A DNA stretch of 64,000 nucleotides, from NCBI GenBank assembly GCA_963663865.1, contig OY760686.1, positions 3,092,401 to 3,156,400 on the forward strand, in the 5' to 3' direction. The position numbers were made by a program, and so were the translations under genes. The DNA is from Spirochaetota bacterium. GTDB taxonomy: Bacteria; Spirochaetota; UBA4802; UBA5550. This document shows positions 29,069-38,403 of this stretch, piece by piece. The first letter of the stretch is position 1. The number at the start of each line of letters is the position of its first letter. Below the pieces are notes generated by a model, which was not told the DNA's origin, did no database searches, and saw nothing but the letters and a program-made list of their open reading frames with translations.

Positions 29069-29096
29069 TATGACCTCGCGAACAGAAAAAGGTTCC
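29069..29096 (-). promoter_or_regulatory. Candidate ECF sigma promoter
   Basis: GGAACC-N16-GTCATA on the minus strand upstream of the small secreted protein. Confidence 0.5.
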
Positions 29097-29212
29097 ATTT
29101 TTTGCTCTGTTTAAAGTATAAAACATTCAGCTGTATTTTTCCATTTTTTTAGGCATGATGGAGCCGCGGCTGCGACAATGTTTAACCGTGAACACAAAGA
29201 AAAGGGCCGGGA

Positions 29213-30388
29213 TTACCCTTTAACAGACATTCCGTCATAGAGGTACTTTTTCGTGGAAAAATACTCTTCTCCCTTGCCCGGGGCGACATAGCATGCGCCT
29301 CCGATATTCGACCTTTCGGGAATGCGGCTGTCCCTCCCGACAAGGGTAATCCCTGAGAAAAGCGCTTTGGGATAATCGCTGTTTTTCAGAGAAACCACAT
29401 CTGACCCTATATTCGCGTAGCTCCCGACATTGAAGTAGTCTTCCACATCCCCGTTTTCGTCGGGAACAGGAAAATTAGTCTTCTCATCAACAATGGCCCT
29501 TGTAATTCTGGCTCCGGGGGCTATACGGGCAAAAGGCAATACTATTGAATCCTTTATAACGGACCTGGCGCCTATTTCAGCTCCCGGATAGATGATTGAA
29601 TTCTCAATCCGTCCGTCAATATGGCAGTTATCGGTTATGAAAGAGCTCGCTATCTCTGCATTCTCGCCAATAAAAGAGAAACCCTCTCTGTGAATCTTGC
29701 CTTCAAGCAGGTTCTGTTCAAACAGAAGCGAGGCAATCTCTCTGTTGTATATCACTTCACGGCTTGCTTCGTAGTACTCGGGAATATTTCTAAGTGGCCA
29801 GTACAGCGCGTCAAACTTTTCCTTCTTTATACCGCTATTAATAATAACATTGATAACCATCTCAAATATGTTTGGAGAATGGAGCTTATCGTCTATGGCT
29901 TTTTTGATAACTTTCAATAAGGTCTTCTGTTTTGTCACAAGCATCTTGTAGGCCATTGACGCCTTTCCGTCAACGTTCAGAAGAAAGAGCGCAGAGTCGG
30001 CCTTTTTCTTCTTGAAACGTTCAATGATTCTTGAGAAGTCGATAACCGAAGGGCTGTCGCCATTGTAGATTATATAATATGGCGTATTGGTATCCATTAT
30101 AAGGCGGTAGCAGAAATTAATGTCGGAAAACTTCTGGGCAACAACCCTGATTGAGGGAAAGCGTCCGCCCCCCGCGGTATACCTTTTGGTGTAGTCTGAC
30201 AGTCCGTCCACAACATTACTGTAGATAATTGTACTCTGAGCATGGGACGCCGCCGAATTTCTGACGGTAAAATCTACAACCCGAAACCTTCCGCCAAACG
30301 GAATCATATAGCGGGACCTGCCCTCGGTCAGGGAGAGAAGAGAATCGTCCCGGGCCCCCGGGTAGGAAATAATGGTAAAGTAATCCAT
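29213..30388 (-). CDS. Glucose-1-phosphate adenylyltransferase family, GlgD-like (degenerate) subunit
   Basis: LTEGRSRYMIPFGGRFRVVDF N-terminus lacks the LAGGxGxRL and RAKPAV motifs; C-terminal hexapeptide beta-helix. Confidence 0.75.
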   Translation of the reverse strand: MDYFTIISYPGARDDSLLSLTEGRSRYMIPFGGRFRVVDFTVRNSAASHAQSTIIYSNVVDGLSDYTKRYTAGGGRFPSIRVVAQKFSDINFCYRLIMDTNTPYYIIYNGDSPSVIDFSRIIERFKKKKADSALFLLNVDGKASMAYKMLVTKQKTLLKVIKKAIDDKLHSPNIFEMVINVIINSGIKKEKFDALYWPLRNIPEYYEASREVIYNREIASLLFEQNLLEGKIHREGFSFIGENAEIASSFITDNCHIDGRIENSIIYPGAEIGARSVIKDSIVLPFARIAPGARITRAIVDEKTNFPVPDENGDVEDYFNVGSYANIGSDVVSLKNSDYPKALFSGITLVGRDSRIPERSNIGGACYVAPGKGEEYFSTKKYLYDGMSVKG

Positions 30389-30495
30389 GAACCAGTCCTG
30401 TCAGCAAGAAATTTGCCCCCCATTGGTACAGCGGGCAGACCTGTACGAATTAAAATTATTCTTGCAGTAAAAATGCAATTAAAAAACAATACAGC

Positions 30496-32022
30496 ATGAA
30501 CAATAGAGTATTAACCATCATGCCCGCCTCTATCAGGGTGGAATTCGCGAAAGGTTCAATCCTTTCAGAAGTGATGAATGACGCCGGTTTTCCGGTCAAC
30601 ACGCCGTGCGGCGGGCGTGGAACCTGCGGAAAATGCGGAGTTCTTCTGAGCGGAACATTCGCGGACGTCTCCAGCCCGAACAATATTATGACAACTACTG
30701 ATGCCGAAACGCGGCTCTCCTGCAGAACCATTCTGCTGGGAGACTCCACGGTAACCGTAAAGACACCGTCAGCGCTTACGACAGGCCCGTCAAGCCGCAC
30801 CGCAATTTCACACGCAGGCATTGCCGCAGATATAGGCACAACCGGCATACAGATTTCTTTTGTTGACCTCGATACCGGACAAATCCTTCAAACCCATTCA
30901 TTTCTCAATCCCCAGCGCCGCTATGGGCACGATGTCATATCAAGGGCAGCGGCTTCACAAGATCCCGAGGTATCATCAAGGCTGTCCACACTGCTTCTTG
31001 ATTCGTTAAAAAACACTCTTAACATGTTCGAACGCGGAAATTTTTTTTCAGGGGAGGATATAGCCGCAGCCGTGTTTTCAGGCAACACGTCCATGACAGC
31101 TTCGCTTGCAGGAATCAGCTTTTCAGGTATTGGGACATATCCCTACCACGCTCCGGCGCTTGACTTCCAGCTGCTGTCAAAGAGCTCAGCAGGGCTGCCG
31201 GAATCCTGCGAAGTCAGCTTACACCCCGCAGCTTCCGCGTTCATTGGCGGCGACATAACAGGCGGCATCGCATATCTCGAGAAGATTGGGCTGCCGGACA
31301 AATCATTCTTCTTCGACATCGGCACCAATGGAGAGATGGTGCTCTTCAGCAGCGGTGAATTCTACGCTGCCTCATGCGCCATGGGGCCCGCCCTCGAGGG
31401 AATGAACATATCATCGGGAATGACAGCCTCCGATGGAGCAATAACCAGAGTCACCCTCGCCGACGGCAAACTCAACTTCAGCGTAATCGGCGGCGGGGCG
31501 GCCTCGGGCATCGCAGGGAGCGGAATAATAGACCTTATGGCCATACTGCTGCAAGCCGGCATCATCAGCCGGGACGGGGCCTTTGCCCGACAGGCACCGG
31601 CCGGGGCCGAAGAGATGTTCAGCAGGCTTAACGCGGGGAAATTCACTCTGACAGAGAATACAGGGCTTACACAGAAAGACATCCGCGCTGTTCAGCTTGC
31701 TAAAGGCGCAAGCCTTGCTTCGGCGGAAATGCTCCTTGCTGAATGCGGTATCTCCGCCGAAGAAATCAGTTCTGTATTCGTTGCCGGGGCATTCGGGGAG
31801 AACATCGACATGGAAAGCTTCCGGACCCTCAAGCTGCTGCCGGATTTCAGAAATGCAGAATACATTACCGCAGGAAACACCAGCCTAAAATCCGCGGTGG
31901 AGTCACTGAAAGACAGAGCATTCCGGCACAGGGTTAAAGACATAGCTTCGCGCATGACGGTGATCGAGCTTTCTGCAAAGGCAGAATTCAACGACCTTTT
32001 CCTCAAATCTCTGAGCTTCTGA
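30496..32022 (+). CDS. ASKHA-domain reductive activator of corrinoid proteins (RACo / DUF4445)
   Basis: 2Fe-2S CGGRGTCGKC...RLSC; DIGTT, NPQRRYGHDVISR, DIGTNGE, GPALEG, TQKDIRAVQLAK, AGAFG. Confidence 0.88.
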   Translation: MNNRVLTIMPASIRVEFAKGSILSEVMNDAGFPVNTPCGGRGTCGKCGVLLSGTFADVSSPNNIMTTTDAETRLSCRTILLGDSTVTVKTPSALTTGPSSRTAISHAGIAADIGTTGIQISFVDLDTGQILQTHSFLNPQRRYGHDVISRAAASQDPEVSSRLSTLLLDSLKNTLNMFERGNFFSGEDIAAAVFSGNTSMTASLAGISFSGIGTYPYHAPALDFQLLSKSSAGLPESCEVSLHPAASAFIGGDITGGIAYLEKIGLPDKSFFFDIGTNGEMVLFSSGEFYAASCAMGPALEGMNISSGMTASDGAITRVTLADGKLNFSVIGGGAASGIAGSGIIDLMAILLQAGIISRDGAFARQAPAGAEEMFSRLNAGKFTLTENTGLTQKDIRAVQLAKGASLASAEMLLAECGISAEEISSVFVAGAFGENIDMESFRTLKLLPDFRNAEYITAGNTSLKSAVESLKDRAFRHRVKDIASRMTVIELSAKAEFNDLFLKSLSF

Positions 32023-32250
32023 CGCAGTTCCCCCTCAAAACACAGCAGAATGAAACACGGCCCTTCACTTCCTTTGATTTGCCTGAGCCAATGGCACTAA
32101 TTATTTACCAGATAATTAATATTTAATTGACATTAACAATATATGAGTGCATTGTTTCAGGCCGCAAACCTGTTAAACAGTTTCACGATTCATTGATGAC
32201 AGCCGCTCAGCCGGACTAAAGACTCTGCTCTTCTCAACTGGAGTATAACG

Positions 32251-34389
32251 ATGAAGCCTCTCGAAAAATTAACGCAGGTTGTAACCCCCCTCCCAAGAGG
32301 AGGGTTCCTTGTAGACACCCCGCGTGGATATATTCAGTTTGGGATTCCGCCAGAAACCATTAAAGACACAATGATGCTGCCGCAGGGAACCCCGGGTGTT
32401 TTTGTCCTTCCTGTACACTTCTTCAACTGGATGAAGGGAATAAGCGTAGCTGAGCTTGAATTTCCGATATATTACAACTTTTTCATCCGAAAGAAAAAAA
32501 CAGTGATAATCTGCCTGAAAAAAGAGACAGACAGGCTTATAAGCGTCCTGTCAGAGGCCCTCTTCGGACCCGACGAACCCGAGCTCAAAGATGATTACAT
32601 TCCAGATTACACAGAAGTCCCTGACATAAAGCCGGAGATGGATTATTTCCGCACAATGGAGCTGAATGACGTGGTCGAATTTCGTCATTTCACCGACGGA
32701 AAATGCGATATTGACAATGTGAGTATCAGTATCGACAGCGCGGACAACTTCACTGTATCTATTGACGGTAATGTTATAGCCTTTGTGCCAGGAATTATCG
32801 AGTACAAACCAAGATATCTCATTGGAGAAAGGCTTGCCGAGCCATTCAAGCCGCCCCTGTTCGCGGTAACCTGTCTCGGTTCCAGCTCCGGATTCGATCC
32901 GTCGGCAAACACTTCCGGTTTTATTATATGGCTGAATCACCGTGGAATAATGATCGATCCTCCTGTTAATTCAACTGAATGGCTTCTTGATTCTAACGTC
33001 AGCCCGAAACACATTGATTCAATTATTCTCACACACTGCCACGCCGATCACGACGCCGGCACATTCCAGAAGATACTTCAGGAAGAAAAGGTGACGGTGT
33101 ATACGACAAAGACAATATTGAACAGCTTTCTCAGAAAGTACTCGGCGCTGACAGGAGTGGACAGTTCATTCCTCCTTAGACTTTTTACATTCGTCCCTCT
33201 TGAACTGGGTAAGCCTTTTTTCATCAATGACGGATGTTTCGACTTTTTTTACACGCTTCACTCAATCCCGACCATCGGTTTCCGGCTGTCGTTTCAAAAA
33301 GACTCGCTCACCTACTCCTCCGATCACAATGCCGACCCCGAGCTTCACAAAAAGCTCCTCGATGAAGGCCGCATTTCGCGCAAGCGCTATGACGAGCTTC
33401 AGGCTTTCCCCTGGGATTCAACTATCGTCTATCACGAATCAGGGGTTGCCCCCCTTCATACGCCTGTTGAGTACCTCAGTTCGCTCTCCGATGAAAAGAA
33501 AAAGAAAATCACTGTTTACCATATACCCGAGTCTTCTATTCCTGAAAAAGCAAAGTTGACTCCCGCCCGATTCGGAATTGAAAACACCTACTATTTTAAA
33601 ACAGAGACCTCTGACTTTGACGGAGCGTACCAGCTGCTGAACATTCTCAGGCATATTGACTTTGCCGAAGACATGCCTATCAGCAAGGCGCAGGACTTCC
33701 TTAATCTCGGGTTTACTGAGAATTTCAGCAAAGGGGCAAAGATCATTGAGAGCGGCACCGTAGGATCACGCTTTTTTATCATCCATTCGGGCAATGTCCT
33801 TATAAAAAGCAAAGACGGCAAATACACAAAGGTGTTGGGACCCTATGACTATTTTGGCGAAACTGCCCTTCTCATCAACGAGGAGAGAACAGCTGACGTA
33901 ACAGCGCTAACCGAGGTGGCCACCTATTCCATCAGAAAAGATAAATTTCTGTCCTTCATCAAAGGCACTGACTTTGAAAAGACATTGAGAAACCTTGCCA
34001 GAATACGAGACCTTGAAGCCTGGGAGACATTATCCTCAAGCCGCGCAATAACCTACTGCACCCCCACGCAGAGGAACCACCTTGAATCCATTCTTGAACC
34101 GGCAGCCTTTCAGGCAGGACACTGCCTTATTGCAGAGGGTACTCTTATTGATTCAATCTACATTATCAGAGAGGGCCGAATAGCCATGCTCGAACAGGGA
34201 ACACTTTCGCTGATGCTGCGCAAAGGCGACCTTGCTGGCTCCACGGCGGATTTCTACGAGCGCCGTCCGTCAAATGCAAGCTTCTACTGTGAAGACGATG
34301 TCAAACTCTACAGGATTCAGAGCGAGCACCTGTTTCCGTTTCTTGAAAAAAATCCGGGCCTCTATATGAAATTCAGATATTACTCTTAA
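32251..34389 (+). CDS. MBL-fold cyclic-nucleotide phosphodiesterase with two cNMP-binding domains
   Basis: IQFGIPPETIKD, THCHADHDAG metal motif, LHSIP, SSDH; cNMP domain FGETAL...RTADV plus a second degenerate cNMP domain. Confidence 0.85.
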   Translation: MKPLEKLTQVVTPLPRGGFLVDTPRGYIQFGIPPETIKDTMMLPQGTPGVFVLPVHFFNWMKGISVAELEFPIYYNFFIRKKKTVIICLKKETDRLISVLSEALFGPDEPELKDDYIPDYTEVPDIKPEMDYFRTMELNDVVEFRHFTDGKCDIDNVSISIDSADNFTVSIDGNVIAFVPGIIEYKPRYLIGERLAEPFKPPLFAVTCLGSSSGFDPSANTSGFIIWLNHRGIMIDPPVNSTEWLLDSNVSPKHIDSIILTHCHADHDAGTFQKILQEEKVTVYTTKTILNSFLRKYSALTGVDSSFLLRLFTFVPLELGKPFFINDGCFDFFYTLHSIPTIGFRLSFQKDSLTYSSDHNADPELHKKLLDEGRISRKRYDELQAFPWDSTIVYHESGVAPLHTPVEYLSSLSDEKKKKITVYHIPESSIPEKAKLTPARFGIENTYYFKTETSDFDGAYQLLNILRHIDFAEDMPISKAQDFLNLGFTENFSKGAKIIESGTVGSRFFIIHSGNVLIKSKDGKYTKVLGPYDYFGETALLINEERTADVTALTEVATYSIRKDKFLSFIKGTDFEKTLRNLARIRDLEAWETLSSSRAITYCTPTQRNHLESILEPAAFQAGHCLIAEGTLIDSIYIIREGRIAMLEQGTLSLMLRKGDLAGSTADFYERRPSNASFYCEDDVKLYRIQSEHLFPFLEKNPGLYMKFRYYS

Positions 34390-34401
34390 TCGGGGACCTT
34401 T

Positions 34402-35310
34402 TCAGGAAAGCAGACCATCCTCTACTACAACGAGGACGCCCCGTTCCATCAAACGCCGTACCGGCCCGTAGTCGGTCACTGGATTTCCTATTATGCTGAC
34501 GTACTCCAGAAACGGCATGTTTTCCAGAACAGAAATATCTTCTATCATATTAAAACTGATATCAAGCTCCTTGAGATTCTTTAACCCGCCGAGCGGATCA
34601 ATATTTTCAATCCTGTTATCTGAAATATACAGAGACTCGAGTTCAATCAATTCCGCGATTGGACCTGTTCGTATGATCCCGTTGCCGGATAAATTCAGGG
34701 CCGAAATATACGGGCACTTTTCCAAACCCTCCAGAGAGTTTATTCCATAATCAGACAGGTCGATTTCGCCGTCAAGGTTCAGCAAGTCCGCATCAGAGAG
34801 ATCAATATCCAATCCGCCTACAAAGTACCTGTGCAGGGCCTCAAAAAAGCTGATTCCGTCATCTTCTTCATCCTCTTCAAAATACAAATCGTCATCTTTA
34901 ATATCTGAAGCTGCCTGCTCTGCATAGCCGAAGTCAGAGGCGGAATAGCTGAACGATTCCTCAAAAACTACCGGCTCGGCCTGGCTTTCACCTGGCGAAC
35001 CGGAAGGCAGATATAACGCTGCAAGCCTCGCCAGACCCTCCGAATCCGATTTTTCCATCAGCTCATCAGCTTTTTTATGAATAAATACATATCTGTCAGG
35101 ATGGAAACGCCTTACAGCGAGGCTGAAGAGCTTTTGAGCGCTGATATCATGACTGCTTTCATCCCCGGGAAGATAATATCGAAGCCTTCTAAAATCTTTT
35201 CGCTTGTAAGAAGCAATAATATCTATCGTGGTTTTCTTAAGGTATTCCGGTGTTACTCTGTTTTTAAGCTCTTTATAATAAAAATCGCCTGATTCTGAGA
35301 ATTCAGCCAT
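34402..35310 (-). CDS. Leucine-rich-repeat protein with an N-terminal J-domain-like HPD segment
   Basis: RRFHPDR, acidic linker, internalin-type LRRs (LESLYISDNRIENIDPL; LKELDISFNMIEDISVL); start set from GGAGG spacing. Confidence 0.75.
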   Translation of the reverse strand: MAEFSESGDFYYKELKNRVTPEYLKKTTIDIIASYKRKDFRRLRYYLPGDESSHDISAQKLFSLAVRRFHPDRYVFIHKKADELMEKSDSEGLARLAALYLPSGSPGESQAEPVVFEESFSYSASDFGYAEQAASDIKDDDLYFEEDEEDDGISFFEALHRYFVGGLDIDLSDADLLNLDGEIDLSDYGINSLEGLEKCPYISALNLSGNGIIRTGPIAELIELESLYISDNRIENIDPLGGLKNLKELDISFNMIEDISVLENMPFLEYVSIIGNPVTDYGPVRRLMERGVLVVVEDGLLS

Positions 35311-35354
35311 TAAGGACATCCTCCATAAAAAAAACAGTAAAACCGGGAAGCCGG

Positions 35355-36338
35355 TTACTTTCGGGATTTTTTAAAAAAATCTTCGAACAGGTTCCTGTCA
35401 ATTTTAATGAGCCTTGTCCGTATTTCAGTAAGATTTTCAAAGGAGTAGCTCTGAAACTCGAAGTAGTCAATGAGCCACAGGTACTTGTTTATAAGGCGGG
35501 GCACAACATTTGATTCCTCAATCTGGTCTCTGTTCATTCGCTGATAGTTCATTTCCAGCCTGTAAATATCGTCCTTAATGGATTCGACCTGCCTCTCCTG
35601 AAGGTTTTTTCTCACATAGAACACATCCTCAATAAATCCGTAGACAGGAATCCATTCCCTGACATCTCCCTGACCGGGACAACGGGCGAGGACAATCTCC
35701 TTAAGGCGGACTACCGGCTCGGCGGTTATCATGCTTAAATCAATATCAGAAGGATTTACAAAGAATGCTTCCTTAAAAAGCCACAGACTTTTGGGGATAT
35801 CGCCTGTATGGAAAAAAGCTTCGCCAAGAATTGAAAGAAGCCTGGCATTGCTGTTATACGACCTGCCGGCATATTCGAGGGTCTCTATTGCCTTCTCATA
35901 ATCGCCCAGCTTAAGAAAGCACTCGCCCAGGTTGAGAAGTAAATCAAAGTTGTCTGCGGTCTCTTCCTGATTCAGAAAAGCCTTTCGGTAATTTTCAGAG
36001 GCTCTGTAAAAAACATGTTTCATCGCGGCCCGATAGGCTGAAGAGTTATACATGCGGGATTCGGCCGCGTACTCTTCAAAAGCCTTCCACTCCGCCATCA
36101 GGAAGTCAGCTGTTTTTTTTCCCTCAGGTAATGACTCAAACTCCGGCACCCGGTTCTGCCAGAAGCGGGACGTCCTGTAAGACTCTATCAGGCCCGGATA
36201 GTCAGGATTGGCGGACATCAGCCTGTCCAGCAGAAGCACGGCCTGCCCGAATCTGCCTTCCTCAATAAGCGAATAGACCTCTCCGGCTGAATTCAGCACC
36301 GGATCATCCGAAAATGTCATCTGACCATTATTATCCAT
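35355..36338 (-). CDS. TPR-repeat protein
   Basis: LLNLGECFLKLGDYEKAIETL and LSILGEAFFHTGDIPKS TPR units. Confidence 0.82.
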   Translation of the reverse strand: MDNNGQMTFSDDPVLNSAGEVYSLIEEGRFGQAVLLLDRLMSANPDYPGLIESYRTSRFWQNRVPEFESLPEGKKTADFLMAEWKAFEEYAAESRMYNSSAYRAAMKHVFYRASENYRKAFLNQEETADNFDLLLNLGECFLKLGDYEKAIETLEYAGRSYNSNARLLSILGEAFFHTGDIPKSLWLFKEAFFVNPSDIDLSMITAEPVVRLKEIVLARCPGQGDVREWIPVYGFIEDVFYVRKNLQERQVESIKDDIYRLEMNYQRMNRDQIEESNVVPRLINKYLWLIDYFEFQSYSFENLTEIRTRLIKIDRNLFEDFFKKSRK

Positions 36339-36339
36339 A

Positions 36340-38403
36340 TTACGATTTAAGCCTGATTAAGTTTCCCCAGCCTTCATTCACTTCCTGATGTGTAAATACT
36401 ATAACCTGTCTTTCGCCGGACACCCTTGCAATTTCCTCCCTGAGGCGCTCCGCCCTTTCTCCATCCATATACAGAAAAGGTTCATCCAGAATCAGAGGAA
36501 GGGGACATCCCGAGGAAGAGAGAAATTCCGTAAGTGCAATTTTCACAGAAAGCACCAGATTGTATGTCGCTGCAGGGTTTAACCTGTTAATAAAACCGCT
36601 GCTTGCAAGCAGAGCGTCAACTGTTTTTTCATCTATTGAATCTTCGAGCGAACGCCCTGTTAACCCGTTATATATTTTGAAAGCACTCCCGACAAGACGG
36701 TCCAGATTCATCTTTTCCCTTGCATGAACCGTCTCAGCAAGACTGTCCAGAACAACCCTGAAAGCCCGTCGTCTCCTTATTGAGCTTTCAAGCCGATTCT
36801 CCAGGTATTCTTTTCTTTCTGTCAGAATACCCAGTTCGTCCGTCTTTTCATCTTCCGAGGCAATTTCCGCATCAATGCTGTCAACCAGTTTGCCCTTTTC
36901 GCGAACTGACCTTTCGGCTTCCGCAAGTTCTGACCGGACATCCCTTATACGCTGCTCAATCGCCGACGAATCAACTTCAGCGGACATACCCTCGTTGACA
37001 GCAGAAAGGCCAGCCCGGATGTCAGCTGACAGCTTCCTGATTGAAGAGGTCAGCTTCCTGATTTCATTTACCATGCCATCCGCTTTCTCTTCAGCATCCA
37101 GAGCCTTCCTTGCCTTTTCAAGCTCGTTCATTCTTTCAGAATACTCTATAAAGTCTTCAAAATAGTGAACCAGAACTTCATAGAGCCCTCCCGGCCCGAT
37201 ATTATCTGAAGGCATGTCCTTTTTATCCAGCAGTTGACTGGCAAATTCAGCTTCAATCTCCCTGCCTCTTCTGCGAAGCCCCTCAATCCCCGGAGGCCCC
37301 GAACCGTTTTTCCACAGAAACCAGATAGCCGGGAAGAGCAAGACCGGAACCGCACCCATGACGGCTGTATGAAGTACATCAATTTTACCGAGAAGAAAAC
37401 CCGAAAGAGCAAATCCCCCGGCTGCGAGAAAGATGAATGCTAAAAGTCCCGAAAAAAGACGTTTCTTAAGTAAGGCTCTTGAAGTCATTTCCTCAACGAG
37501 CTCATTATTTTCCCTGTATTCGTTAAACAGACCCTGCAGGTTATCAAGGCCTGTAACATCCCTGCCGCGGAACTGGCTGAAATTTTCATCAATATCTTTT
37601 TCAATTTTTTTTGCAGTCGCCGCCCTGTCTTTCACAACCGCCAGCCTTTCCTCAACCGCCTTTAACTCTTTTTTCTGGTTTTCAACTTTTACCGCTTCAT
37701 TATGAAAAGCTCGCAGCCGATCAATCACCTCATTAAGCCTTGAGATATCATCGTTGAGTCCGGCAATCTCCTGTTGAAGGACAGCCTTTTCTTTTTCAAG
37801 CTTTGTTGTTTTAAGCTGTTTGATACGAATGAGCTCACAATCTCTCTGAACGAGCTTGAGTTCCGACGCAAGCTCATCGTTAGCCTTATCAATTCTTTTT
37901 TCACCTTTACCGCCAGAGGTAAACGAATCTAACAGCTTCTGATACAGCGATGAATAGCCATGATACTCCCCGGAGACGAGCGACCGGACAGCATTGTAGT
38001 CAAGAATACCGGGCATGTTGAGTTCGGAAGCCGAAGGCATGAAACATGCGGTTGTATAGCTCCACCTGTCAATGCCGGCATCAAAAACAGCGCCATAGGC
38101 AGTGCACTCTGAAGGCAATGAAGCTTCAGACAAACAATCACCATCCTTCCAGCGCATCTTGAGGGCTGCCCCGTTCTCCTCTTTTTCATGCATAAGTTCG
38201 ATGTCCAGGCCAAGTGACTTCCAAACAGCTTCATCAAGCAGCCCGTCCCGGTCACGCCGCCAGATTGAGTCAATTAAGGACATTGCAATGAGCGTCTTGC
38301 CGGAGCCGTTCCCGCCCTTTATTACGGAAAGCCCCCTGTCAGGTTCAAGTACGGCGTCTTCCGAAAGAAATTTACTTTTTATCACGCATCTGCCGTACCG
38401 CAA
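36340..38403 (-). CDS. SMC/Rad50-like (YhaN/SbcE-type) coiled-coil ATPase with an internal TM hairpin
   Basis: Walker A GGNGSGKT, long coiled coils, two hydrophobic helices mid-protein, Walker B LILDEPF, H-loop FTHQ; signature degenerate (LNPAA). Confidence 0.8.
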   Translation of the reverse strand: MRYGRCVIKSKFLSEDAVLEPDRGLSVIKGGNGSGKTLIAMSLIDSIWRRDRDGLLDEAVWKSLGLDIELMHEKEENGAALKMRWKDGDCLSEASLPSECTAYGAVFDAGIDRWSYTTACFMPSASELNMPGILDYNAVRSLVSGEYHGYSSLYQKLLDSFTSGGKGEKRIDKANDELASELKLVQRDCELIRIKQLKTTKLEKEKAVLQQEIAGLNDDISRLNEVIDRLRAFHNEAVKVENQKKELKAVEERLAVVKDRAATAKKIEKDIDENFSQFRGRDVTGLDNLQGLFNEYRENNELVEEMTSRALLKKRLFSGLLAFIFLAAGGFALSGFLLGKIDVLHTAVMGAVPVLLFPAIWFLWKNGSGPPGIEGLRRRGREIEAEFASQLLDKKDMPSDNIGPGGLYEVLVHYFEDFIEYSERMNELEKARKALDAEEKADGMVNEIRKLTSSIRKLSADIRAGLSAVNEGMSAEVDSSAIEQRIRDVRSELAEAERSVREKGKLVDSIDAEIASEDEKTDELGILTERKEYLENRLESSIRRRRAFRVVLDSLAETVHAREKMNLDRLVGSAFKIYNGLTGRSLEDSIDEKTVDALLASSGFINRLNPAATYNLVLSVKIALTEFLSSSGCPLPLILDEPFLYMDGERAERLREEIARVSGERQVIVFTHQEVNEGWGNLIRLKS

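Noticed and set aside
32163-32205. c-di-GMP-I riboswitch upstream of the phosphodiesterase
   Set aside because: CGCAAA and ATGACAGCCG fragments match, but the GGCAAA...GAAA first stem is missing; would need an Infernal hit
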